Shown: piece after piece, positions 1 through 13,845 of the stretch
Position numbering within the stretch: position 1 is the stretch's first letter
How the letters are laid out: every line of letters begins with the position of its first letter
Assembly: GCF_006345805.1 (NCBI RefSeq)
Contig: NC_043024.1
Span: 8,122,001 to 8,186,000 of the forward strand
Length of the DNA: 64,000 nucleotides
From: Octopus sinensis
Taxonomy: Eukaryota
Direction of reading: 5' to 3'
Position numbers and translations under genes: made by a program
The notes under the pieces: generated by a model
What the model saw: the letters and a program-made list of their open reading frames with translations, nothing else
The model's database searches: none
What the model was told of the DNA's origin: nothing

Positions 1-333
1 GTGTTTCACTGGTGCTTAGTTTATCGACCCAGAAAGGATGAAAGGCAAAGTCGACCTCGGCGGAATTTGAACTCAGAATGTAACGACGGGCGAAATATCT
101 ATTTCTTTACTACCCACAAGGGGCTAAACATTGAGGGAACAAACAAGGACAGACATAGGTATTAAGTCGATTATATTGACCCCAGTGCGTAACTGGTACT
201 TAATTTATTGACCCTGAAAGGATGAAAGGCAAAGTCGACCTCGGCGGAATTTGAACTCAGAACGTAACGGCAGACGAAATACCGCTAGTCATTTCGCCCG
301 GCGTGCTAACCATTCTGCCAGCTCGCCGCCTTG
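1..333 (-). mobile_element. SINE-D (tRNA-derived) head plus tandem ~185-bp body units
   Basis: Units 'tttctttactacccacaag...gtcgacctcggcggaatttgaactcagaacgtaac'; on the - strand the head is aaggcggcgagctggcag..ttagcacgccgggcgaaat with B-box-like gagttcaaattcc. The same family recurs at many sites in the window. Confidence 0.8.
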
Positions 334-334
334 C

Positions 335-395
<61 letters not shown>

Positions 396-402
396 GATAA
401 TG

Positions 403-489
<87 letters not shown>

Positions 490-490
490 C
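333..490. repeat. (AAT)n/(GAT)n/(CAA)n microsatellite
   Basis: Directly visible trinucleotide runs; explains the poly-N/I/Q ORFs at 303-564. Confidence 0.95.
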
Positions 491-1879
491 CTTTCTACTA
501 TAGGCATAAGGCCTGAAGTCTTGGGGGAGGTGTTAAATCGCTTACATCGACCCCTGTACTTCACTGGTGATAATCTTTTCTACTAAAAACACAAGGCCTT
601 AAATTTGATCGATTATATCGATCTTGGTGTTTCTCTGGTACTTATGTTATCGACCCCGGAGGGGATGAACGGCAAAGTTGATTGACCTCGGCGGGATTTG
701 AACTCAGAACGTAAACTAGCCGAAAGCAAAATATCGCGGCGAGCATTTTGTCCGACGCACTTATAATATCAGTAATGGCAACAACAATGCTTTCTTTATA
801 ATAAAGTAACGTTACCTTTTTGGAGATCAGCAGTTTGGAAAGTTTTCCTTTTGGTAATCCGGTTCTTGTGAAGAGTTGTACTAAGTCCGGCAAAATTAAC
901 TCTGTATCGAGATAGAATCCTTTTTACGTGATGGTGTTGTTTGATCACACAGACCAAAGATCGAACACACTCCACCTGTGACCACCCCTGTCTGTTTTGT
1001 GGATCTTTTTTTTTTTTTTTAGGTCTACAACATTAATTATCCTTTGTATCATTCCTCGTCCTGTTTAGGATCGGATTGATGTAATTTCAAGATGTAGCTG
1101 CTATTTCTCGCAGATCCACTGACCATTCTGATAATGTATAATTATTGATAATGCTTGTATATCTGATAATGCGGCTTTTATTTGGTGTATGATATGATAG
1201 AGCGTATGGTTGTACTATAATTAAAAATTGTTGCTTTTCTTTAAAGAAAAAACTATGTTAATCTTGATCAAACAAAGCTATGATCGGAGGCAGTCCAAAT
1301 AGGACCATCCCGTTTTGTTTTTCTGAAATAATGCAGCAGGTTGCCTGGGTCGCCAAATATGACGACAGGTTTTATTAATAAATAGCAAATGTTTTTTCAA
1401 ATCGTAGAACAAATTTTCTGTTTTGTTGTTATACTGAATACAAAAATACGAAGTGTGGCCGTGCTGGAGCACCACTTTGAGGAACTTGAAAGAATTGTGG
1501 CTACTATTTCTAGCAGATTCGGCGACCACATAGGAGCTCCTTCACTGTTGCGGTTGCTATGTGATGTAGCTTTAGTGAGAAATGATATATTGTTGTTGAG
1601 ATGGTTGTTGTTGTGAGTGGTGTCTGATAACAGTTGTGGTGGTGGCGGTAGTTGTGGTTGTGGTGGTAGTTCTTGAAAGCACCATCTAGTAAACTCGAAA
1701 GTATTGCTTCTGTACGTGTGGTGTGGGGGTGGAAGGAGGAGGGGGAAGAAGTGTGAAGGTGTGCATTGTGTGTGTGTGTGTGGATTTGTACGTGTGTGTG
1801 CGCGTGTGTGTGTGGTGTGTAAATGCGCGTATAGTGTGCATGTGATGTGGTGGTGGGGGGGAGCGTGTAACTTATCTGT

Positions 1880-1885
1880 GTGTTT

Positions 1886-1921
<36 letters not shown>

Positions 1922-2445
1922 AACGGAAGGAGAGTGGTGTGTGTAGAGAAGTGAGGTGAAAAGATAGATTGATAGATAGAGAGAGAGGGGGGGAAGTGAG
2001 AACATGGTAAGGAGAAAAGAGAGGAAGAAAGTCATACAAAGGAGAAAGGCAGTAAGACCGTAGTGAGGAGAGGAGAGATAAAGATAGAAAGGGAGAAAGA
2101 GAGAGGGAGGGAGGGTCTAGGAGTACAGTAAAAGGATAGAGAGAGAGAGGGGGGAGAGTGAGAATATAGTAAGAGCGTAGTGAAGAGAGAAAGATATATA
2201 TTTATATAGAGGGAGAGGGAGAAAGGCAGTAAGAGTGCTGTGAGTAGAAATGGGAGGAAGAAATATAGAGAAAGAGAGAGTAAACGCGTAGTAACGAAGA
2301 AAGAGAATGTCACACATGAGAGAGAGAGGGAGTAAGGGTGTAATGAAGAGAGAGAAAGAGAGGCGGTAATAGTGTAGTGAGTAGAGAAGAGATGGAGAAA
2401 GGTAGAGAGATAAAAGAGAGGGAGAGAGAGAGAGAGAGAAAGTGA
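1880..2445. repeat. GA-rich polypurine tract
   Basis: About 560 nt of almost pure A/G with (GA)n runs on the + strand. Confidence 0.9.
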
Positions 2446-2499
2446 CGTTAATCTGAGCTAAAGACACGCAAGTTGTTAAATTAAACTTTACCTGAGAAT

Positions 2500-3257
2500 C
2501 TGACTTCTGTGTTTGTGTTTGTGTGTGTGTTTGTGTTAGTGTGGTGTATGTATGTATGTGTGAGTAGCTGTGTATGTGTATGTGTGACTCTGTGTTTATG
2601 TGTGTGTGTATGTAAGTATATGTGTGTATATGTAAGTATATGTTATGTGTGAGTATCTGTGGATGTTCATATGTGTATGTGTGACTCTGTGTTTATGTGT
2701 GTGTGTGAGAAAGAGAGAGAAAAAGAGTGTACGTATGTATATATGTGCGTGTGCAGGTGTGTATATGTACGTATATGTTCGTAGACTTGTGACCGCGTGT
2801 ATTTGTTTGTGTGGTGTATGTATGTGTGTGTATGTGTATATGTGTACGTGTGACTCTGTGTTTATGTGTGTGTGTATGTAAGTATATGTGTGTATATGTA
2901 AGTATATGTTATGTGTGAGTATCTGTGGATGTTCATATGTGTACGTGTGACTCTGTGTTTATGTGTGTGAGAGAGAGAGAGAGTGTATGTATATATATAT
3001 GTGTGTGCAGGTGTGTATGTAAGTATATGTGTGTAGACTTGTGAATGTGTGTTTGTGTGGTGTATGTATGTATGTGTGAGTATCTGTGTATGTGTATGTG
3101 TGACTCTGTGTTTATGTGTGTGTGTGAGAGAGAGAGAGAGAGTACGTATGTATATATATATGCGTGTGCAGGTGTGTATGTAACTTTATGTGTGTGTATG
3201 TAAGTATATGTGTGTAGACTTGTGACCGCGTGTATTTGTATGTGTAAGCTCACGTGT

Positions 3258-3288
<31 letters not shown>

Positions 3289-3500
3289 ACGTGCGGGTGC
3301 GTATATACATGTGTCTGTGTGCATATATGTATGTGCGTGTATAAATGAGTATGTGTTATGAGTGTGTGTGTGACTTCACGTACATGTATATATATATATA
3401 CGTGCGAATGTATGTATGTGGTATATGTGTGAGTGCGTGCACGCGTACGTGTGTGTGTTGTAGAATTGAGTTATGTGTGTGTGTGTGTGTATGTTCTAAC
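2500..3500. repeat. (TG)/(TA) compound microsatellite with internally duplicated blocks
   Basis: Recurring blocks such as 'gtgtgactctgtgtttatgtgtgtg' and 'gtaagtatatgtgtgtagacttgtga'. Confidence 0.85.
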
Positions 3501-3540
3501 GTGACTGTGTGTGGTACTCGTGCGATATATTTGTGAAAAC

Positions 3541-3959
3541 TCTTACTCTTTACTCTTTTACTTGTTTCAGTCATTTGACTGCGGCCATGCTGGAGCACCG
3601 CCTTTAGTCGAGCAACTCGACTCCGGGAGTTATTCTTTTGTAAGCCCAGTACTTATTCTCTCGGTCTCTTTTGCCGAACCGCTAAGTGACGGGGACATAA
3701 ACACACCAGCATCGGTTGTCAAGCAATGCTAGGGGGACAAACACAGACACACAAACATATACACGCACACACATATATATAGATATACATATATACGACG
3801 GGCTTCTTTCAGTTTCCATCTACCAAATCCACTCACAAGGCTTTGGTCAGCCCGAGGCTATAGTACAAGACACTTGGCCAAGGCGCCACGCAGTGGGACT
3901 GAACCCGGAACCATGTGGTTGGTAAACAAGCTACTTACCACACAGCCACTCCTACGCCT
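3541..3959 (-). mobile_element. SINE-A (tRNA-derived, (AAAGAGT)n-like tail), full length
   Basis: Head ggcgtaggagtggctgtgtggtaagtagcttg...ggttccgggttcagtccc and tail gactgaaacaagtaaaagagtaaagagtaa. More than 10 related copies: 5954-6365(-), 6815-7460(+), 9597-9827(-), 10732-11140(-), 18618-19010(+), 23752-24170(+), 32525-32928(-), 33201-33612(+), 38096-38495(+), 43213-43620(-). Confidence 0.85.
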
Positions 3960-4362
3960 TTAGTAAGTCTACTAAACGAATTATTTGATATTTATTTGTC
4001 CCTCAATTTGTCCCTCTTACCTCTAATCAAACATAGTCATACACACACACACACACACACACACGTGCATGTGTGGTAAGAAGTTTGCATCCCAAGCACA
4101 TGGTTCTGGGTTCAGTCCCATTGCAAGGTACTTTGCAAGGGTTTTCTACTATAGCTCAGGGCTGACTAAAGCTTCGTGGGTGAATTTGATAGATGGAAGC
4201 TGAAAGAAGCCCATCATGTGTATATATCTGTGTGTGTGTGTGTTTTTCTCCCAACTCCACTTGACAATGGGTGTTTGTTTGTTTACGTCCTCTATTACAA
4301 TTCTATTCATATCTAGGATGCTTTATAGGAATATTAACCCTTTAGCATTTAAACCAATGCGG

Positions 4363-4685
4363 AGGTGCATGGCTTAGTGGTTAGGGTGTCAGCACCATGA
4401 TCGTAAGGTTGAAGTTTTGATTCCTGGACCGGGTGACGCATTGTGTTCTTGAGCAAAACACTTCATTTCACGTTGCTCCAGTCAACTCAGCTGACAAAAA
4501 TGAGTTAATCCTGTGAGGGACTGGCGTCCCGTCCAGTTGGGGAACACATATGCCATTGTGTACTGGAGCAACATGAAATGAAGTATTTTGCTCAAGAACA
4601 CAACGCGTCACCCAGTCTAGGAATCGAAACCACAATCTTACGATCATGAAGCTGACACCCTAAACACTAAGCCACGCGCCTCCGC
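4363..4685. mobile_element. Two back-to-back tRNA-headed SINE fragments
   Basis: Plus-strand head 'tggcttagtggttagggtgtcagcaccatgatcgtaagg...gattcctggaccggg' then its reverse complement at 4580-4685. Related pieces at 5460-5575 and 26946-27240. Confidence 0.65.
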
Positions 4686-4825
4686 TTGCACCCTTTTAAA
4701 GCCTATCCAGGCTCATGGGCCCGGTTTCCCAGTTTCAATGGCGTATGTATTTCCCAGCTGGATGGGATGCCAGTCCATCGCAGCGTTACTCATTTTTGCC
4801 AGCTGAGTGGACTGGAGCAATGTGA

Positions 4826-5428
4826 AATAATAATAATAATAATGAAATTATTGTATACAGTGCTCAGGTGCACCACAACTTGTCAGAAAGTACGTATAAA
4901 GCATATGCAGTAATGTACAAATGCCTGGAAAGCGAACAATGTATGAGTCAGATACATGCTTGCGTGTGTATGGAGGGGAGAAAATCAGGTGTAGTGTTGG
5001 CGAATCTTAGAAAGCATGGAAGTTCTGAAGGATGCAGTGCTCCGACAACTAACAACTGATGCCGGCAGTTTGTTCCATGCTTCAGCAACTCTTAGCATGA
5101 AAAAATGTTTCCGATAGTCATGGGAGCTGTGCTGTTTTCTGACTTTGTAAACATATCCGTGGGTGTCAGACAGGTGGAGTTTGAAAAGATGCTAAGAGTT
5201 ATTGTTTGTAAGATGGTTAATAATTTTATGGGTGTCTGCCAAGTCAGCTGCCAGACATCAGAGTTTCAATGTGTCCATGCCCAGGGAAGTAAGGCGTTCA
5301 GGATATGGCAAATGCCTGATGGAGGGTATTCTCTTGGTTGCACGTCGCTGAACGGCTTCCAGACGATTGATATCCTGGGCAAGATAGGGGTTCCAGACTG
5401 GCGATGCAAATTCCAGGTGAGATCTTAC
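4826..5428 (-). mobile_element. CR1-clade LINE 3' end (ORF2 C-terminus plus (ATT)n tail), 5'-truncated, degenerate
   Basis: Minus-strand translation VRSHLEFASPVWNPYLAQDINRLEAVQRRATKRIPSIRHLPYPERLTSLGM...RVAEAWNKLPASVV matches the CR1 ORF2 C-terminal pattern (VRPHLEY...WSP...LERVQRRATK...ERL...WNxLP); contains stops. Confidence 0.85.
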
Positions 5429-5953
5429 CATAGCTATATAATTATATAATTATAATTATATCAAATGAAGTGTTTTGCTCAAGAACACAACACATCACCC
5501 GGTCCAGGAATTGAAACCACAATCTTACGATCATGATGCTGACACCCCAACCACTAAGCCGCGCGGCTCCACCTATAGAAGAAAAGATTATTATTATTTC
5601 TATTTAGTCCAGTGTTTTCAACAATGCTAACGATCCGATACTTTGACAAGTGCCTCTGTTCAGGAGAGAATATTAGTGCAAAGGAACAGATGGTACAAGC
5701 ATGTGACTATGAGAGTGTGTGTGTGTGTGTGTATACGCACACGTGTGTGTATGTCTGTAGGTAGGTGTGTAGGTAAATGTGATTTGAAGCCTAACTAACA
5801 TGTGTGTATGTATTGAGTTATATATCCTCATATTGAATCACCAATTTATAAATATACCCGAGTGCCTGGGTCGCCAAATATGACGACAGGTTTTATTAAT
5901 AAATAGCAAATGTTTTTTCAAATCGTAGAACAAATTTTCTGTTTTGTTGTTAT

Positions 5954-6365
5954 TACTCTTTACTCTTTTACTCTTTTACTTGTTTCAGTCATTTGACTGC
6001 GGCCATGCTGGAGCACCGCCTTTAATCGAGCAATTCAACCCCGGGACTTATTCTTTGTAAGCCCAGTACTTATTCTATCGGTCTCTTTTGCTGAACCGCT
6101 GAGTGACGGGGACGTAAACACACCAGCATCGGTTGTCAAACAATGCTAGGGGTCAAACACAGACACACAAATACATACACGCACATATATATATATATTA
6201 TATACGACAGGCTTCTTTCAGTTTCCGTCTACCAAATCCACTCACAAGGCATTGGTCGGCCCGAGGCTATAGCAGAAGACACTTGCCCAAGGTGCCACGC
6301 AGTGGGACTGAACCCAGAACCATGTGGTTGGTAGGCAAGCTACTTACCACACAGCCACTCCTGCC
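5954..6365 (-). mobile_element. SINE-A copy
   Basis: Full-length match to the 3541-3959 copy. Confidence 0.85.
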
Positions 6366-6814
6366 TTGAATACAAAAAATACTTAGGAATAAGTCATGTT
6401 TTATCTTTTATTTGTTTCAGTCATCGAAGTGCGGCCATGCTGGAGCACCACTTTGAGGAAATTTCAGTCAAATGAATCACACCCCAGTATTTAATATTTT
6501 CGGAAGCTTGGTACTTATTCTATCGGTCTCTTTTTGCCAAACTGCTATGTCACAGTGACATAAACACACCAACACTAGTTGTCAGATGTTGATGGGGGTA
6601 CAAACTCACACACACACACACATATATATGCAAAGGGGCTTCTTTCAGTTTCTTATTTCTTTATCGCCCACAAGGAGCTAAACATAGAGGGGACAAACAA
6701 GGAAAGACAAATGGATTAAGTCAATTACATTTCTTTTGTGCCATAAACCATTTACCATTTCCATGGTGCCTTCACCTTCCCTTGATGCCCTAAGCATGAG
6801 CTTATTTTCCTTAA

Positions 6815-7460
6815 TGGCGTAGGAGTGGCTGTGTGGTAAGTAGCTTGCTTATGAACCACATGGTTCTGGGTTCAGTCCCACTGCATGGCTCCTTGGGCAA
6901 GTGTCTTCTACTATAGTCTTGGGCTGACCAAAGCCTTGTGAGTGGATTCGGTAGACGGAAACTGAAAGAAGCCCATCGTATATATGTATACACACACACA
7001 TCATCATCATCATCATCATCATTTAACGTCCGCTTTCCATGCTAGCATGGGTTGGACGGTTCAACTGGGGTCTGGGGAGCCCGAAGGCTGCACCAGGCCT
7101 GTCAGATCTGGCAGTGTTTCTACAGCTTGATGCCCTTCCTAACGCCAACCACTCCGAGAGTGTAGTGGGTGATTTTATGTGCCACCGACACAGGTGCCAG
7201 ACGAGGCTGGCAGACGATATATTTGTATGTATGTGTGTGTGTATATGTTTGTGTGCCTGTGTTTGTCCCTCCCCCCAACATCGCTTGACAACCAATGCTG
7301 GTGTGCTTACGTCCTTGTAACTTAGCAGTTCGGCAAAAAAGAGACTGATAAAATAAGTACGAGGATTACAAAGAATAAGTCCTGGGGGCAATTTGCTCAA
7401 CTAAAGGTGGTGCTCCAGCATGGCCACAGTCAAATGACTGAAACAAGTAAAAGAGTAAAG
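6815..7460 (+). mobile_element. SINE-A interrupted by SINE-B (7001-7215, - strand)
   Basis: SINE-A head at 6815 and tail at ~7450; the (CAT)n-ttaacgtccgctttccatg block is inserted in its central TA/CA tract. Confidence 0.8.
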
Positions 7461-7570
7461 CATTTTGCATGGCTTGCTAATGATCCTGCTAGCTTGCCAC
7501 CCTTCTGCTTGTGTTAAGAAGATATCTACAAAGATGGTGCCGTGTAAAAAGCACCCAGTACGCTTTGTAA

Positions 7571-8460
7571 CTGGAGGCACATGACTTAGTGGTTAGAGCA
7601 GTGGACTCGCGGTCGAGGGATTGCAGGTTCGAATTTCAGACCAGGCGATGTGTGTGTTTATGAGCAAAACACCTAAGCTCCAAACGACTCTGGCAGAAGG
7701 TAATGGCGAAACTTCTGCTGACTCTTTCGCCACAACTTTCTCTCACTCTTTCCTCCTGCATCTAGCAGCTCACCTGCGACAGACCGGCGTCCTGTCCAGG
7801 TGGGGAACATATACGCCAAGGAAACCGGCCCTTTTGAGCCAAAATACGAAACCGTTATCATTATTATTGGTGGAGGCACATGGCCTAGTGATTAGAGCAG
7901 CGAACTCACGGTTGAGGGATTGCAGGTTCAAATCTCAGACTGGGCGATGTGTGTGTTTATGAGCGAAACACCTAAGCTCCACGCAGGTCCAGCAGAAGAT
8001 GATGGTGAAACTTCTGCTGACTCTTTCGCCACAACTTTCTCTCACTCTTTCCTCCTGCATCTTGCAGCTCACCTGTGACAGATCAGCTGGAGACACATGG
8101 CCTAATGGTTAGAAGATATCTACAAAAATGGTGCCATGTAAAAAGCACCCTGTACACTTTGTAACTGGAGACACATGGCCTAGTGGTTAGAGCAGCGGAC
8201 TGGCGGTCGAGGGATCACAGGTTCCAATCTCAGACCAGGCGACGTGTGTGTTTATGAGCGAAACACCTAAGCTCCACACGGCTCCAGCAGAAGGTAACGG
8301 CGAACTTCTGCTGACTCTTTTGCCACAACTTTCTCTCACTCTTTCCTCCTGCATCTTGCAGCTCACCTGCGATGGACCGGCGTCCTGTCCAGGTGGGGAA
8401 CCTATACGCCAAGGAAACTGGGAAGCCGGCCCTTATGAGCCAGGCGTAGCTTGAGAAAGA
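7571..8460 (+). mobile_element. Three tandem SINE-C (tRNA-headed) copies inserted in a SINE-B
   Basis: Heads tggaggcacatg(a/g)c(t/c)tagtg...gagcagcggactcgcggtcgaggg at ~7571, ~7870 and ~8163. The host SINE-B breaks at ctttgtaa and resumes at ~8470. Confidence 0.75.
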
Positions 8461-8835
8461 ACAAATAAACACTTTGTAAAGTGGTTGGCATTAGAAAGAG
8501 CATCAAGATGTAGAATTATGCCAAAACAGACAATGGAGCTTGGTGCAGACTTCTGCCTTGCCAATTCCTGTCATACCATTCAACCCATGCCAGCATCGAA
8601 AACGGATGTTAAATGATGATGATGGTGATGGTGTGTGTGTCTGTGTTAATTAAATTTAGTAATGCATAGTAACGATATTTAGGATGCGATTTGATCCCGG
8701 ATTTTCAGGTGTGTAGACACATTAAGTTGCATCCTAAATTTAATTACTATGTTACCTGATAGACCCCACCCCCGCAGCTGGAATGCTTACCACAAGTTCC
8801 GTTTATTTCACTGAATGCTTTCTTTGTGTCTTATT

Positions 8836-8872
<37 letters not shown>

Positions 8873-8974
8873 TGCAGACAAGAAAGTAAATATCTACCTA
8901 TCTATCTCACCCTCTCTCTCTCTATATATATATATACATCATAGATTGATAAACAGATAGATATACATACATAC

Positions 8975-9161
8975 ATCATCATCATCATCATCATCATTTA
9001 GCGTCCGTTTTCCATGCTAGCATGGGTTGGACGGTTCAACTGGGGTCTGTGAAGCTGGAAGGCTTCATCAGGCCCAGTCAGATCTGGCAGTGTTTCTACG
9101 GCTGGATGCCCTTCCTAACGCCAACCACTCCGTGAGTGTAGTGGGTGCTTTTTACGTGCCA

Positions 9162-9195
<34 letters not shown>

Positions 9196-9493
9196 GAAGC
9201 GCAATGGCCCAGTGGTTAGGGCAGCAGACTCGATGTTGTAGGATCGCGGTTTCGATTCCCAGACGTTGTGAGTGTTTATTGAGCGAAAACACCTAAAGCT
9301 CCACGAGGCTCCGGCAGGGGGTGGTGGCGAACCCTGCTGTACTCATTCGCCACAACTCTCTCTCACTCTTTCTTCTGTTGGCCTGCTCGCTTAGCCAGCG
9401 GAATGGCGTCATTTGAAGGCTAAAACAATGCAAAGCGCATTGTGACCAGCGATGTGTAGCAACTTCTGATAGCTTGGTCGGTGATCACGGTGA
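8975..9493. mobile_element. SINE-B fragment (-) followed by full SINE-C (+, 9193-9493)
   Basis: (CAT)n tail block at 8975; tRNA-like head gcgcaatggcccagtggttagggcagcagactcg at ~9198. Confidence 0.75.
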
Positions 9494-10208
9494 TATATAT
9501 ATATATATATATATACAAATACACATTGTTAGAAGTAGTTGGCATTTAGAAGGGCATCTAGCTGCAAAAGCCATGCCAAAACATCGGTTGTCAAGTGATG
9601 TTGGGGGACAAATACAGACACACAAACATACACACACATACACACACACATATACATATATATACGACGGGCTTCTTTCAGTTTCCATCTACCAAATCCA
9701 CTCACAAGGCTTTGGTCAGTCCAAGGCTATAGTAGAAGACACTTGCCCAAGATACCACGCAGTGGGACTGAGCCCGGAACCATGTGGTTGGTAAGCAAGC
9801 TACTTACCACACAGCCACTCCTGCACCTATAGTTATTTTGGAATTTGATGTTTTTAACTAGATCTCAAAGTTCATCTCTGGATCTAGCCAGTTGTGGGGC
9901 TTTGGTGGTGGTGGGTATCTCTGTGTTTTAAATAGATGCTGCATTTTTTCATCATTCTAGGTGTTGTTTATCCTTTCTCCTCCTCAGTTGAGATGGAGTG
10001 CTTGCCGCCACGTGCGACGTATAAAAGAATCGGTCTTATTGATAAGATCTTTTATATATTCCTTTTTAGGAACACACACACAAATATAGATATATAGATA
10101 TAGATATGTATGTGTGTTTATATATATATATTTACATGCACACACACACACACACACATATAGATATATATACAGATATGTATGTGTGTGTGCATATATA
10201 TATATATA

Positions 10209-11140
10209 TCATCATCATCATCATCATCATCATTTAGCGTCCGATTTCCATGCTAGCATGGGTTAGACGGTTCAACTGGGGTCTGTGAAGCCAGAAGGCT
10301 GCATCAGGCCCAGTCTGATCTGGCAGTGTTTCTACGGCTGGATGCCCTTCCTAACGCCAACCACTCCGTGCCACCCGCACAGGTGCACACACACACACAC
10401 ATACATACATATATAGATATAGATATGTATGTGTGTATATATATCATCATCATCATCATTTAACGTCCGCTTTCCATGGTCGATTTTGACTGAGGGCTGG
10501 CAAACCAGATGGCTGCACCAGGCTCCAATCTTGATCTGGCAGAGTTTCTACAGCTGGATGCCCTTCCTAACACCAACCACTCCCAGAGTGTAGCGGGTGC
10601 TTTTTACATGCCACCGGCATGGGGACCAGTCAGGAGGTAGTGGCAACGACCTCGCTTGAATCTTTTTACACATGCCACCGGCACAGGTGCCAGTAAGGCA
10701 ATGCTGGTAACATATATATATCTATATATATACTCTTTTACTCTTTTACTTGTTTCAGTCATTTAACTGCGGCCATGCTGGAGCACTGCCTTTAATCGAG
10801 CAACTCGACCCCAGGACTATTCTTTGTAAGCCCCAGTACTATATTCTATCGGTCTCTTTTGCCGAACTGCTAAGTGACGGGGACGTAAACACACCAGCAT
10901 CGGTTGTCAAGCAACGCTAGGGGCACAAACACAGACACACAAACACACACACACACATATATATATATACATATATACGACAGGCTTCTTTCAGTTTCTG
11001 CCTACCAAATCCACTCACAAGGCATTGGTCGGCCCGGAGCTATAGCAGAAGACACTTGCCCAAGATGCCACGCAGTGGGATTGAACCCAGAACCATGTGG
11101 TTGGTTAGCAAGCTACTTACCACACAGCCACTCCTGCGCC
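10209..11140 (-). mobile_element. Cluster of two SINE-B fragments and one SINE-A
   Basis: SINE-B at 10209-10390 and 10443-10715, SINE-A at 10732-11140. Confidence 0.8.
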
Positions 11141-11263
11141 TATATATATATATGATTTACACACACGCACACACACACACACACATTCATAAACACCTCT
11201 TTTAACTCTTTAACTAGTTTCAGCATGTGAGTTGCAGCCCTGCTGGGGTACTGCCGCCATATA

Positions 11264-11308
<45 letters not shown>

Positions 11309-11367
11309 GTGTGTATATATATATATATATATATGTGTATATATATATATATATGTGTATATATATA

Positions 11368-11532
11368 AAATGGCATTTGTCCAAGATGCCCTGCAGTAGG
11401 ACTGAACCTGAGATCTTGGGATTGTAAAGTAAATATCTTAAACATTTGGCTATACATACAGTGCATGTATCTCTACCTATATCTGTCCATCTGTCTATTT
11501 ATCCATCTATCTAACTATATTTGTCTATCTGC

Positions 11533-11566
<34 letters not shown>

Positions 11567-12218
11567 ATCTGTCTTCTGTCTGTCTCTATATATACATGTG
11601 TGTGTGTATGTATATATATGTATATATATTTGGTTAATGAGAAATCTATCTCTTTCTGTCTGTCTCTCTCTTTCTCTCTCTCTCCCTTCTCTCTCACTAT
11701 ATACGCACACACACATATATATGTATGTGTATATATATATTATATAATATATATATATATTATATATATTATATATAATATATATACACACACACATACA
11801 TATATATGTGTGTGTGTATATATATATATATATTATGTGTAATATATATATATATGTGTATATATATTAAATGGCATTTGTCCAAGATGCCTGCAGTAGG
11901 ACTGAACCTGAGATCTTGGGATGTAAAGTAAATATCTTAAACATTTGGCTATACATACAGTGCATGTATCTCTACCTATCTTTATCTGTCATCTGTCTAT
12001 ATCCATCTATCTAACTATATTTGTCTATCTGCCTGTCTGTCTGTTGTCTGTCTGTCTGTCTGTCTATCTGTCTTCTGTCTGTCTCTATATATACATGTGT
12101 GGTGTGTATGTATATATATGTATATATATTTGGTTAATGAGAAATCTATCTCTTTCTGTCTGTCTCTCTCTTTCTCCTCTCTCCTCTCTCTCACTATACG
12201 CACACACACATATATATG

Positions 12219-12255
<37 letters not shown>

Positions 12256-12330
12256 TATTATATATATATATATATATACACAAACACATACATATGTATG
12301 TGTGTGTGTGCATATATAATATATATATAG
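11368..12330. repeat. ~500-bp tandem duplication (2 copies) of a microsatellite-rich segment
   Basis: 'aaatggcatttgtccaagatgcc(c)tgcagtaggactgaacctgagatcttggga' at ~11368 and ~11869, each followed by the same (TCTG)n and 'ttggttaatgagaaatctatc' blocks. Confidence 0.85.
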
Positions 12331-12391
12331 ACTATATTATATAATATATATATATATATATATATAATATATAGGGTATATTATATATATG

Positions 12392-12463
<72 letters not shown>

Positions 12464-12774
12464 TATGTAATATATTCTATATGCACACATATTGTTTGTC
12501 AGATATTGTTTAATTGGTCTTAATAGATACATATACATACATATATACATATGTTTATATATATGCACACATATACATATATATATGTATATGATCACAT
12601 ATAGTTACTTCTACACACACACACATATACGTATGTATATATATATATATATATATATCCCACCTACCCACCCATGCCAACATGAGCAAAACACAGCCAT
12701 AGAATGTACAATAACATATATACACAGACAGCACAGCAAGACGGCAAGGAGTTGCTGACGTCAAAGAGGATAGA

Positions 12775-13797
12775 GAACGGTGGTTCTGGTTAGTGGAGGG
12801 GGGGATACCAGTGGTGGTGGGCACGGTGGGGGTGGATGTGTGGGTGGTGGTGTTGGTGTTGGTATTGGTAGTTGGTGGTTGGGCTGAAAATGGTAGGGAT
12901 GGTGGCAATGGAAATGGTAGCTACAGTATTGGTGGTAGCGGTGGTGGTGGTGGTGGTAGTGGGCATGATTGTGAAGTGATTGCAGTAGTGGTGGTTGTTG
13001 TTGTTGGTGGTGCTGGTGGTAGTGGGTGGTTGTGGTGTTGGTGGTGATGGTGCTGGCAATGGGCATGGTTGTGATGATGATGCCAGTGGTGGTGGTTGTG
13101 ATGACTGTTGTGGTGGTAGTGGTGGTGGTGGTAGTGATGATGGTTGTGGTGGTGGTGTGGTGGTGGTGGTAGTGATGATGGTCGGGGTGGTGGTGGTAGT
13201 GATGATGGTTGTGGTGGTGGTGGTAGTGATGATGGTTGTGGTGGTGGTGGTGGTGATAGTGATGATAGTTAAGGTGGTGGTGTGGTGGTGGTGGTTGTGA
13301 TAATGGTTGTGGTTGTGGTGGTGGTGGTGGTGGTGTGGTGGTGGTGGTAGTGATGTTGGTTGTGGTGGTGGTGGTGGTAGTGATGATGGTTAAGGTGGTG
13401 GTGTGGTGGTGGTAGTAGCGATGATGGTTGTGGTAGTGGTGTGGTGGTGGTAGTGATGATGGTTGTGTGGTGGTGGTATTGATGACGGTTAAAGTGGTGG
13501 TGGTGTTAGAGGTGGTGATGGTGGTTTTTGTGATGGTGATGGTCTAGAAGTGGTAGTGGTGGCAGCTGAGAAGGTGGTGTAGGCGGTGGAATTGTGGTGG
13601 TGAACAAAAGATTGGTACTTCAGTAAGAAGCCAGAAAAAATTAAAATAAGATTTGTCGGCTGGCAGACATTAGTATCATTATCTCTATCTCCATTGTCAT
13701 CATCATCATCATTCATCATCACCATCATCATCATCATTGTTATCATCAATCGTTGTCATTAGTCATCACCATCTTCATCTTCATCATCATCTTCATC

Positions 13798-13845
<48 letters not shown>

